Assembly: GCA_024704765.1 (NCBI GenBank)
Contig: JAKMXF010000304.1
Coordinates: 230,225-294,224, forward strand
Direction: 5' to 3'
From: Oopsacas minuta
Lineage: Eukaryota; Animalia; Porifera
DNA: 64,000 nucleotides
Shown here: piece after piece, positions 52,948-64,000 of the stretch
How positions within the stretch are numbered: the stretch's first letter is position 1
How the letters are laid out: each line of letters opens with the position of its first letter
Notes under the pieces: model-generated
Database searches by the model: none
Seen by the model: the letters and a program-made list of their open reading frames with translations, nothing else
What the model was told of the DNA's origin: nothing
Program-made: the position numbers and the translations under genes

Positions 52948-53525
52948 TGAACTGGTGGAAGGAAGTAATGTCTAGTAAGTATCAATAATGGGATAAATAA
53001 CACAAGTTTGAAATTGAGCCGATCCCAGGGAAATTTGGATTGAAATTCGAAATGGGTGGAGAATGGGGCGCTAAAAATTGTATTAAATTAAGGGTAGTAC
53101 AGTACTTTAACATTGTTAAAAATATAGAGGCCCCATATTGTACCCATTTAAAAATCTACCTCTGAGTATGCCGAAATACATCCCGAAATTTGGTAATTTT
53201 CGGGGTTTCGAAAAAGAGTTCTCTCAAAAATTTCTATTAAGTTTGGGAAATATTAATGTTCAAAGTTATGATAGTGAATACTTATAAATGAATCACGAAT
53301 TGAATTACTTGCAAGTAGGCATTTGATTGCATCTACTGCTAGAATTTATGATAACGTAATTATAGTTCGGAAAATGTTTTGAAACCTTATAAAATTACGT
53401 CATTAGACAATGAGAATTTAAATTCACAAATAGAAGCTGAACCACAGTAAACACAATATAGTTGTATTCTCGACAGACTATTGAACAATATTAGAACAAT
53501 TATAGATAGTTATGAGACCACAAAA

Positions 53526-53558
53526 AATTTGGCTAATTCTAGATGATGCCACACTGTG
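53526..53558 (-). repeat. 5' TIR: heptamer CACAGTG + 14-bp spacer + ATTAGCCAAATT
   Basis: rc heptamer 53558-53552, spacer 53551-53538, block 53537-53526. Confidence 0.9.
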
Positions 53559-55862
53559 GCACCTTCCACCAAATACAACATTTTAGAGAACTTTAATGGC
53601 TCTATCACCCAATATATTGTCTAAAAAGATTGTAAGAATGAAGACGTCACCATCATTAAAAAGGTCTAAAATAAACAACGATCCCTTCAGAATGGAATTT
53701 TCTTCAAAGAAATACTTTTATCCAGAATTAAATTGCAGGCAACGAAAATTCAAGAGAAAAAATGAATATAGTTCACAAACACTACCAAGCAACTAATTGC
53801 TGTTACTAAATAGGTTGTTAAGACATAATATCCTTGCGAAATTGGATTGTCGCATGAAAGTCCACAAGCCTAATACAGAGGAACTTCCAGATAGGAGAAT
53901 CTCCATTAGCTAAACTTTGGAGCAGTTTTCAATGATTCAGGAGAAACTAGCGATTTCCATAATATTATTTCAAGTTGATATATTAGGGGAGGTGAAGCTG
54001 AAAATATTTAGGAAACAGGTGTAATAGACAGAGAGAGAACAGCAGCATCTGATGAAAATCAACAAACATTTTACAAATGAACAAGAAAGGGCTGGTTTTA
54101 GTACAAACTTAGCAGAATCAGGGCCTAGTCTAAATAAAAGTCCTAGAAAAACATCTGATAACTGATCTACAGTACCTCTAATCACTTTGTAAACGAAGCA
54201 CTGATTATGTATTACAATATTCTATAGTAAATTTCATTATAATTACAATATAAATGAAAAACATCAAACGTTTGGTTGGTACTAAACAAATATCTGATCA
54301 GGGCTCTAGCGAGCCAATGGAAAATTAGCAGCTATGTTATGTTAGCTTGGTATTCTACATTAATAGGTAGGGCGGCCCAGGCAGCACCACATAGGGCGAC
54401 TCTGGATAAAAATTAAAGTTTGTTCGTGCAGATCATTACAATAGGGGTCCAAACCTTCTTCACAAGTGAAGCCCATTTAACGCTTTCTCTCTACTCTATG
54501 CCATACGCTGCAATACAAACTTTGAGTTCCTATGGGACTACAGACGTACATGAACAAAAAAGGGATAGATGAACCCCAGGTTGACCTAAACCACCTTGCA
54601 TTTAGCATACAACAAGACCCTATAAAATAGACATCATTTGTAGTTGACCATTTCCTTTGTTCTGTGCTTTGTCAGTTATATCAAGATTAGAGTAATTAGT
54701 TTTCAGTAAAAGGCTAATAAATATTCGTCAAATACAACATACTTAACAATAATTATGCTGAATAAATAAACATATAACACAGAATATAGATAAATGAGAA
54801 TAACTTCAATAACTAAGTGAGCGGAGTATTATGATGGTAGTAATAATGCATAAATCAGTACAAATTGACCAAAGTGACTAATGCAAATAGTAAAATGATT
54901 CATCGTTAGAGTTTCACAATAAATGCGTCAAAACAGGTATGCATATGTAAAAAGCAATTCCGGCGAGGAGTCAAATGGACCAATAAATATTCTTATGGAT
55001 TGAATAATTATCTTACCAAACGACAGATAAATAGTACCAATTATCTCCCCCAGAATCTAATCAAATTCGAATTTGAAATAAGTGTAACCTCTACAAGTGG
55101 GGTCCCTACAAATGGGGAACCACTATAAGCGGGTCTAGCTTCATTCATTTCGAGAGAACGAAAATCTGTAGCCAGCGATAGAGAAGTAGGGCCGACTTCA
55201 GGTATAATTATGCCTCATACAATATATATTTACATCTGCAACTGGCGAAATATACAATAAATTTTAGTGAATAATCGATTTTTGCGTTCATTATGCAAAG
55301 AAACACGTTTTGTAGCTATGATGAATTGAAATCTTTGAGGTTTCTCAGAAGATATTCTCCTACAAATTTATATATTCAAGAAATAACTTTGGGGCATATT
55401 ATAACCAGCAAATATCAATGAAAAACAGCGGTTGGCTATACATATTGACTAAAAATCTCTGACTAAAGTAGTTTACATTCAAAAAATAAATGTGGAATGG
55501 GAACTTATCAGGTATTCACCCTCCCGACATCGCCCACTTATAGAGGTTCTATTGTATGTGTATGTATATATTGATAATTGAAAAACAAAAATAAAATCTA
55601 AGCTAAAGAGTAAGTTTGGTGAAAACGCTTCTATTAACTCACTATACTTAATAACCCAATCAGGTATAATTTATACTAAATGATCAAAAATATGCAGCTG
55701 AAATATATATTAAACCGAGTAAAACTGAAAATACCAAGAGTATGAAATGGCGTGGTGTCACCACCTACACTACCCACGTTGGAAGGGGCGCTAGAAAAGA
55801 TGATACCTGGAAGATGATCGATAAAAATAAGGATATATACAAAAAGTCATAATAAGACGTAC

Positions 55863-56055
55863 AAATCTTGGTCATTGTTGGCATAATTGTAAGTTTCATC
55901 ATAACGTCCCATTAATCCACTAATAGAACTGGCTCTGATTAGATGTAATTGAGATTGAAAACGTATAGAAAGTGTCTGTGGAACTAAGGTAGGCGGTTTA
56001 CCAAGTAGTGGACTGGAGGTAGAAAGAGAAATAGAGCAATTTTTCCAATTCTCAC
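55863..56055 (-). CDS. DUF4139-domain host gene, internal exon
   Basis: tttAG|gt (phase 1) to gat tt|GTACGT (phase 2). Encodes GENWKNCSISLSTSSPLLGKPPTL, matching the family GEDW...L.LSTA.P motif. Confidence 0.85.
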
Positions 56056-57883
56056 CTAAAATCACAACTAATATAAATACCAAATGAATTCTAGAAAGAA
56101 ATGTGAAAATTAAAGAATAAAGTTATCGGAAATCCCAGAGGCAGCGATAAATCCCCCTCAGGGAGCACAACCGGTCCAAGAGAAAGTTAGAGGGGCCACA
56201 CCGAATCCTAACTGGGTTAAGAAACAAATAATTAGGTTGTCAAGATATTTAAATGTGAATAAAAGCAACATTGTAAGATGCTTTTGAGTCAGCATGACAT
56301 AAAACAATCCAATATTTCACCATTAACATGTTTCTTTGAATATGTTAAATTATATAAAAGACCTAAAATGAAAAATGTATATTTGTGCCCTTTGGCACCC
56401 CTTATCACTGCTTTTGAGTAATCCCGAAATTATCCACAAAATTTCGAAATAATCACATGAAAATATGTTAAACCAAAAACCACAAAAAAGGAGGAGCAAA
56501 TAGGTTACATAACCAAAACTGGCGAGGGTGAACATTGTATAATATATACAAATGGCTCAGAACTCCGGTAGCTTTCCACAAATTATAAGATCATGATAAT
56601 GGCATGAAACATTAGCTCTGATATTAAGAATTATGGAAAATATATTGAATCATAGAGGCCATCGATATGACACCAATGTCGGCCTAAGTTATCTATTAAA
56701 TAGTGAGTTATAGAAATTGTCAGTGTTTTTGCATGCCTGCAGAGGTAGCGACAAGGGGATCTTAATCCTGTTAGGACTTCGGTGTGCCCCCGATAACATT
56801 CTCTGGGAACGGTTATGCCTTCGTGAGACGGCGCTCTAGTGCCACCTATGGATGCCTGCAAATGAATTGAATTACTTTCAGATTAACGTTAATTGATATA
56901 TTAGTGTTTCGTAACAAATTTCCAGTAATTTGATATATGCATATAATGATAATATTAGAGATTTCCCTGGAAAAGCAAAAAGCCCTTTGGAATGCAAACA
57001 TTGCATTCTCAAAACTGACGAACTAAAAAGTGTGATCCCTTGTTCGACGACGCTAGGCTAGCTGGGATATCTAGACATATAAGGATCGACGATAGTATCA
57101 TAAAACTATTTGGTCAAATTTTCCTCCCTGGCCTCGGATATTACTGAAATATAAAAAAATATATTAATGTATCAATGTCAGAGTCTATTTGGTGAGTACA
57201 ATCAGTAAATATGTATTATATCCATATTTTCCAAAAAACAATAATCTATACTATTGCAACTAGCTTGCTAGGTCGCTATGCGACAGTTTAGTGCCTTAGA
57301 TTGAAACAAGTATTAAACAGGTATATTTCATAATGCTTTTGGTGGCTTCGTGGCGGGATAAACTCGACACTTTGTGCCACGTGTGTATAATATAGCAGAA
57401 ATATTAAGAGTAAATTATCAATGGTGCAACTAAATGACATCTAGTGGCATTGGGTGGTGAAACTGGAGATGATGTGTTGATTTTGATAAGTATCTAGTTA
57501 TTTCGTGCCTCGAGTATACAGAAATTCTGAAATTTTTTGTCATTTGGAAAATTTGGATATTTTGTACTGTTATGATGACGAATAATCCCACTATGAGTTC
57601 GTTTTTGATAATCAGGAAATGTAAAATATTGAGGGGCAGCTGTGATTCAAATTTCAACCTTCTATTGTGTATATTGGCAAAGCAGTGGTTAATAATGTAA
57701 TATTATCGAAAATCCAAAGGTAACAATGACGTAATTATTTTGTTATCTTGGTGAATCTTTCGTCTAAGATTCAAGCCTGTACAAGCAAGGCCCAAAATAC
57801 CACTGTATGCCAAAAATCAGTATGGGGTCTTCCAGTTTCTTCAATCAATTCTGGACATACAAACATATATATATGTACATATA

Positions 57884-59220
57884 TCAGGGCGTTCAATAAG
57901 TCTTGCCGATCATGATATATCTTAGGAATTAGTCAAGTAATATATCTAACTTTCATATATTATCAGCCCATATAGTTAAACTCCATATACTGAAAGTTTC
58001 AAGCTTATTCAATACAAATTATGAATTTTTGAGATTGTTACGTGTAGTCATTTTATACCCACTGTTGAATTTATGGCTACATATGATGATCATTTCAACC
58101 TCAAATGGCGAGCTTACATAGAGTTTCGCACAAAAACTCAAGATCCAGCCAGTACAGATCTTCAGCGAGTTACAGGAGATATTGTGCGTTGATTGCCCTT
58201 ACAGATCTACTGTAGAGCGATGGGCTGCCCGTTTTAGATCTGGTGACGCTGATGTCACAGATTTGCCTCGATCTGGAATACCGGTATCCGCCGCCACTTC
58301 AGAGAATATCGCACTCATTGAAAGTATGGTCATGGAAGACAAGTGCATGGCTGTCAATCAATTAGAACAAAGTATGGAGATTTTTCATCGGGAGCTATTC
58401 ATACAATTCTGATGACTGAGCTTGGCTACTGATCGATTTGTAGGAAATGGGTCCCGCATAAGCTCAGTGAGAATCAAAGGTTGGCACGACTGAATATTAC
58501 CAAGAAACTCCTGGAAACTTATGAGAACTGCGATTCTAGACGCCTAACAGAGATTATTACTGGTGACGAGACGTGGGTATACTATTCAACACCCTATAGC
58601 AAGTATAAGAAGCGATCATGGGTGAGGGGCGACGAACAACCGGCCAAAATTCCTAGGCCCAACTTCAGAGAACCTAAGATTATGTATACCATCTTCTTCA
58701 GTAGTCATGGAATTGTCTTGCAATTACCTTGTGAGAGTGGCAAGGCTGTTACTGATACTTTCTTTATAGAGCAAGTGCTTCCAAATTTGAGAAAAATATA
58801 GAAAAGTACCGCCCGAAAACCGGAAGTTGAGGAATGAAGATTTTAATTGATAACACCAGTTCCCATACAGCTAAGCTCACCAAATATTTCTTGGATGTAG
58901 AAGGGTTAGAATTACTTCCCTATCCACCATACTCACCAGACCTAGCTCCGTGTGATTTTTGGCTATTCCCCAAGCTTAAAATCTACCTTCAAGGCAAAGA
59001 TTTTAACACATTACAAGCACTCGGAATGTGCCTGTTCAAATACTTCAAATCCATCCCCGAAGAAGAGTACAGAAATGTGTTTAATAAGTGGGTGGAAAGG
59101 TTAAAACTTTATGTATCTGCAGGAGGGGATTACTTTGAATAGATAATATAACGAATTAGTGTGTATAGTGTTTGTATCATATTCTATGATATCAGCCGCA
59201 AGACTTATTGAACGCCCTAG
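57884..59220 (+). mobile_element. Full-length mariner element, transposase pseudogene 58073-59142
   Basis: TA-flanked TIRs AGGGCGTTCAATAAGTCTTGC. Motifs WVPHKL, IITGDETW, IDNTSSH, YPPYSPDLAPCDFWLFPKLK; several stops and frameshifts. Confidence 0.93.
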
Positions 59221-60808
59221 TAGTTCACTTTAGCATTGTAATAAGTGTGCATAATAGTAAACTTCGCGGATTAGCAAGGAAGATTCAAGCAAAACACAAT
59301 TGTTAATAGGCGATTTCCACATTAGTCAAGTTTGAAAACGACCCACAAACTACTTTCGATTAGTGATCGAGTTGAATAGACAGTTACGAAGTTCTTGCTA
59401 ATTACAGTTGAAATCGGGTTATTTTGTATTCAAGTCAATGTAAGTATTCTTTATCAGAAATCCCTATATAAATAATAGGTTGTTTTGTGTTTGACTTCAA
59501 GTATTTTGTCTATCTGAGGGTGTAAACAATTGAAAATCAGTCCGACATATTTTGTATTATATTGTAAATTAGTGATTTTCCAAAATACTGGATTAGTCAA
59601 TGCCCTAATTAATAACAGCTAATATGCGCTCAAGGGTTTATTGTTTGGCGTATATTAGCTATCATTAATTTCTAGGAGTATTTAGCATAAAGGGTTTGGT
59701 CTATCGGCATAATTGTTGTTTCGGAAGCGGAAAAATGGACACGCGATTTCAATTGTACCTGTAAACATTGTTTTCATAGGATATCAACTTAGGGTAATTT
59801 GTTTGGAGCACCCCAATAATTCCCAGTGTTCGCAGCTGTAGCTAAATTAAGCCCTAACAAAATGGTGGATAAGCATATACATCACCCAATGAATTCTGAT
59901 GGCTAGTAGGTAATCTTTCTGGTTTGGTGGTGCCAGCCACCAAACCTAAATTTCCCGAGAAATTAACATTTTAGGAATCTTCCAATAATTAATTGAATGA
60001 ACAAGATATCTATTGAAAATTAGAATATTTCTAGTACATTGACTGGGAATAACCTGATTGAGCTAGAAATGAGAGGTCCTAATATAAAGGACAAAAGTTT
60101 TGTGCAGCTAGTCCAAGAAATGGTGGAAGGGTAATTGCCTCAGTTGCCCCATACCCTAAATCAGTCAATAGCCAAACAGGAATAACTAGTTGTATCCATT
60201 AAATTCTACTTCGACAACGCACATTGTATTTGAAATCAAAATTAGGGATACAATAGCTCACAAGAATGTTAACATACTTTGCAAGGTTTTGTAGTAACAA
60301 ATGCCCAAACTTCAGGGATAAGTGAAACAAATCAACTATCTCAACAAGAATTAATGGCAGAGACGTTAATACTTACCTCATGCTCTTAATATAGTGTATG
60401 AATTAGTAATTTAGTAAATGTCAACATATTAAAAATGTATATAGTAACATCATATGCATAATTCAATACTCATCACTTAAAAATTACGAAAAGAAAATTG
60501 ACTAAATATGGTATGAAGGTAGTATGACGTCATTCCAGAAAATTCGAAGCCATATATAAATCTGATAGGTTTGATCGACTAGTTTGGGGCAATATCCCAT
60601 AAATAAGTAATACATTATGCAGAGCTAGCAGACACTTAAATAGCTAATCCGCCAATTTTATCATTTTGAGCAACAATAATTCGATATTTAAGTTCTAGCT
60701 ATTAAGCAGCACTAAGGGAAATGAATAAACCATTTCTCCAATCTTCAGCAAAAAATATAACAACAGATATTACAAAATCATCGAAAAAGGAAACGAGACA
60801 GAACTTAC

Positions 60809-61244
60809 CAGTGCCCTGCTTAACTATGCCAAAATAATATAATTCTAATTCGTTTTTCTCTGTGCTGAAAGATAGTTGATAAAAAGGGTTCCATGATGCA
60901 TTGGAACACAAATAAGTGAAAATTAAACAAATTTTACATTCTTCTTGAGATTCAACAATAACTTTAATAGCCTTGCAAAACTTCGTGGATTTATCATATT
61001 TATTACAAGACAACTGTTGATTTCTATTCAGCTGCAATGCCTTAATTCTATTAGAAACAGAAGAAAGTTCGTTAGATAAAGAATTAAATAAATCTTGAGC
61101 AGCAAAATAGGAATTAGAAAAGAAACCTAAATAGTTTGACAGGTTATTGAGTGTTGATTTATCAAACATTTCAAAGTAGTCAACTCCTGGAGTAGCGAAG
61201 GTCTGCTCAGCTTTAACATCAGATAATGGCTTCTTTACGTTGCT
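60809..61244 (-). CDS. DUF4140/DUF4139 host gene, most 5' exon found in the window
   Basis: ttttAG|agc (phase 0) to actg|GTAAGT (phase 1). Encodes a coiled-coil segment, then IKVIVE....LIFTYLCSNASWNPFYQL....LELYYFGIVKQGTG (family motif SY.V.nAsW.P.Y...YFG.i.Q.TG). Confidence 0.88.
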
Positions 61245-61478
61245 CTAAAAGTATACGAAAAATATAATTCGAAATGTGAGAAATTCATCCAATGGTGGAA
61301 GGGTATTGGGGAATCAGAAGAATATGAAATTTAAAGGAAGAATTTTAGGAGCTACAATTATTCGATTTGAATTTGTGAATACCTGCGTTACGGCTGCTGT
61401 AAATAGCAAATCAATGACACTTATTGCTACTATCTGGCTGGTGGTAATAGCCTTACCCATAAATTAATAGCAATAATA

Positions 61479-62790
61479 CAACGGGCGTTCAAAAAGTTCA
61501 GTCTTGGGTCGTAGAATTTTAACATATAAGATATTATGCATCTGTATTTATAATGAACCTTATTCAATTATCTATTCAGAACTACTTTAACTTCACCATA
61601 TCACCAATAGTTTTCTAGTTACGATTATTTCAAATTCCTCAGTTTTGACTATCCTTGTATTTTCAGTATTTATGGCTTCGAATTTGAAATTTAAGCAAAG
61701 ATCCTATATCAAAATTCGCACGCTTTTTGGTATTGGCCCGAAGGATATTCTCATAGACTTGGAAGTCGTTAATAGAGATGCTAGCCTTTCATATACTACC
61801 GTGAAGGAGTGGGCCAAGCGGTTTCGTGAAGGACGAGAGTCACTGGAAAATGAGGAGCGAATCGGGCGTCCCATTTCCGCCGTCACTAGCAGTAACACTT
61901 CTGAAATTCGCTGGAGAGTGGAAGAAGATCCTCATTTCACTGCTGAGGAGTTAGCTATGAGTGTAGGGATCTCAACGGGAGCTGTTCATTCTATACTTAT
62001 CGATGGGCTGAGAGTTACCAAAATTTGTTCGAGATGAATTCCGCATTCCCTAATAAATGACCAAAAAGACCGGTGGGTAACTTGTGCAAGAAAATGCTCT
62101 CCGAGTATAAAGACTCGGACCCAAGAAGGCTGACAGAAATCATCACTGGTGACGAGACTTGGATAAGATACGACGAGCCACTATCGAAAGAAAGAAATAA
62201 GGTATGGGTCATAAAAGGTGAGGCGCCTCCTCTCAATCATAGGCCGGACTTCAGAGATCAGAAGGTCCTGTACTCAATTTTCTTTGATGCACATGGCCCA
62301 GTTACCAGATTATAATACCAAAAGGAAAACAATTACCGGGGACTTTCATGCCAACAGTTGCCTCTCAGAAGTAGAAAAACAATCACGGGAGCGGAGGCGA
62401 AAGTCTGGACCGCGAGGCATGCGATTATTGCACAATAATGCACGGAGACATAAAACTAAGCTTGTAAATTCAGAGTTAGATAGAATAAGAGTTGTTGAGC
62501 TAGATCACCCACCCTACTCACCTGACCTCGCTCATTGTGATTTTTGGCTCTTTGCAAAGTTGAAAAAGGACCTCGCAGGCAGGGATTTTGATACATGAAT
62601 CGACCTAGGAAACGCAAATTTGGAGATCCCGCCCGAAGACTATAAAAATATATTTTTCAAATGGCTAGATCGTCTACAGCGAGTCATAGACGTTAATGGT
62701 GATTATTTCGAGAAATATATCAATTGTACATGTGTATTCTGTATAGTTACAAAATATGGGGTAGGGTCGGGAACTTTTGAACGCTCGTTG
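61479..62790 (+). mobile_element. Full-length mariner element, transposase pseudogene from 61672 to ~62720
   Basis: TA|CAACGGGCGTTCAAAAAGTTC ... GAACTTTTGAACGCTCGTTG|TA. Motifs IITGDETW, HNNARRH, HPPYSPDLAHCDFWLF. Confidence 0.93.
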
Positions 62791-63169
62791 TATTCAAAAA
62801 AATATTTCAAAGTGGCGAAGAAAGTTGCAATGTGTATGTATTACGAAAATATCAAATAATATTCAATCATTCGATGTGTTCGTGAATATACAATGCACAG
62901 TGTGTTTAAGAACCCTATGGAGGTTTTGTTGCAGCGTAGAATCGAGTTAGGTGTGATTGCAATCACACCAACTACTTGTTATAATAGTAAGTACACCAGT
63001 ATTCTGGTGAAATTGTGACTAACAATTCCTATTGCATCATATACAGTAGCGAATTGATTGGTAGAGTATGAAATATATTGTATTTGGAATGCTAACTTTA
63101 TGAAAACACAACAAAAAATGTTTTGCTAGGCGTGCACTGCAAAGAAACGTACATACTGGTATGTATTCA

Positions 63170-63790
63170 AACATATTTGTTTGTACAATTTAGTCTTTAT
63201 GGCATTTTATGGGACAATTCTTTCCAGGTTTCCTACACGAATATCTTGGGTAATACATTCTTTACTTGCATGCGCAGTTCCTGTGAGCATTTGAATGAGT
63301 TCTGTACATGATATTACTCCCCTTGATGTCGCCACTGTGTTTATAACATTTTGTTTATCACGATTTCCTAAGATATTTTCTTGGATCAATCGCACATAGT
63401 ATATCGGGATGAGGGGCTGGGAGAATTAAGCATACAGTACAAGTGGTAGTTTGAGTCTTTTCCACTGGCAATCAGCATCTTCTTATGATTTTTTCTTAAG
63501 ATCGCCTAATACCAGCACGATTATATTACGCTTCTGGTTCCTGCTGTGAACATCACATCTATCACACCACACTTTAGCTCCATGCGCCTCTTCTTCAGAG
63601 CCTCCACAGAGACATGAATACAACCATTACACTTTGGGAGCCTATGTGCGCCACTGGTTTCGTTTCCACACGAAATACAGGAGAGGGAATGATCAGTTGT
63701 ATGTGAAAACGATCCATCTGATGTTTAACTTTCCAACTCAGTCACTTCCAAATCTTCACTACCAGGGTCTTTATGTGTTTGAAGGTTTCA
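63170..63790 (-). pseudogene. Degenerate C-terminal tail of a KRBA2/SCAND3-like Gypsy-type integrase element (PHD-like finger + CXC tail)
   Basis: Frameshifted CISCGNETSGAH..PKCNGCIHV/CGGSEEEAHGAKVWCDRC, KML.AS, IDPR.(N)ILG and RNCACK...RYSCRKPGKNCPIKCHK. Confidence 0.6.
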
Positions 63791-64000
63791 TTGAAAAAGG
63801 TGGCGGTTTGTAACTAACAATTGTACTACAAGTAATCAAAATTTGTGAAAGACAAGCAAAGTTTCGGCTTGGGATGGAGTATGGCTAGTTAGGAAGCTAT
63901 TGGACGAGTAAAGGACTGCGGTTGAATATGTTGATTGGTATCAGATCTAGAATATGAAAAATTGAATATATCACACGTATAATATAACAAAATCACAGCA

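Larger units (their letters stand above)
50633..53558 (-). mobile_element. Complete RAG1-like (Transib/RAG1L) transposon, 2926 bp, with RSS-like TIRs
   Basis: Both ends begin CACAGTGTGGCA (50633-50644; rc 53547-53558); CACCT is duplicated at 50628-50632 and 53560-53564; a single transposase ORF region lies inside. Confidence 0.93.

Noticed and set aside
57884-59220. Calling the mariner ORFs SETMAR
   Set aside because: There is no SET domain or intron-linked fusion; these are TIR-flanked transposon copies with inactivating mutations.
63560-63700. PHD-like Cys/His pattern as a possible RAG2-like partner of the RAG1-like elements
   Set aside because: It has no kelch repeats, lies ~10 kb outside the TIR-bounded element, and its neighbouring motifs fit integrase-element tails. 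No RAG2-like ORF was recognised anywhere in the window.
1-64000. rRNA or tRNA genes
   Set aside because: No conserved rRNA blocks or cloverleaf/T-loop signatures were seen by eye; tRNAscan-SE and barrnap would be the decisive checks.

Overview
AT-rich, intron-containing eukaryotic (probably invertebrate animal) genomic DNA; the species cannot be determined from the sequence. Most of the window is decayed DNA transposons: five ~1.3-kb mariner elements, a Chapaev3-like element nested in one of them, hAT, P, Merlin and maT remnants, a LINE fragment and several foldback/MITE elements. I reconstructed two spliced genes by hand. (i) A Gypsy-type (Ginger/GIN-like) integrase gene with three intact phase-0 exons (1726->374, minus strand), continuing off the left edge. 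(ii) A DUF4140/DUF4139 (F37C4.5/MuiA-like) host gene whose last four exons span 61244->27795, with 4.8-15 kb TE-filled introns. The most interesting content is three mutually divergent RAG1-like (Transib/RAG1L) transposase copies, all carrying a RAG1 NBD-like helical region. One is a complete 2.9-kb element (50633-53558) with the exact RSS heptamer CACAGTG at both ends and a second shared 12-bp block set 23 bp versus 14 bp from the heptamer, i.e. asymmetric bipartite RSS-like ends, with no recognisable RAG2-like gene. An apparently perfect palindrome with 871-bp arms lies next to the third copy. No rRNA, tRNA or CRISPR array was found. All alignments were done by eye; no database searches were run.
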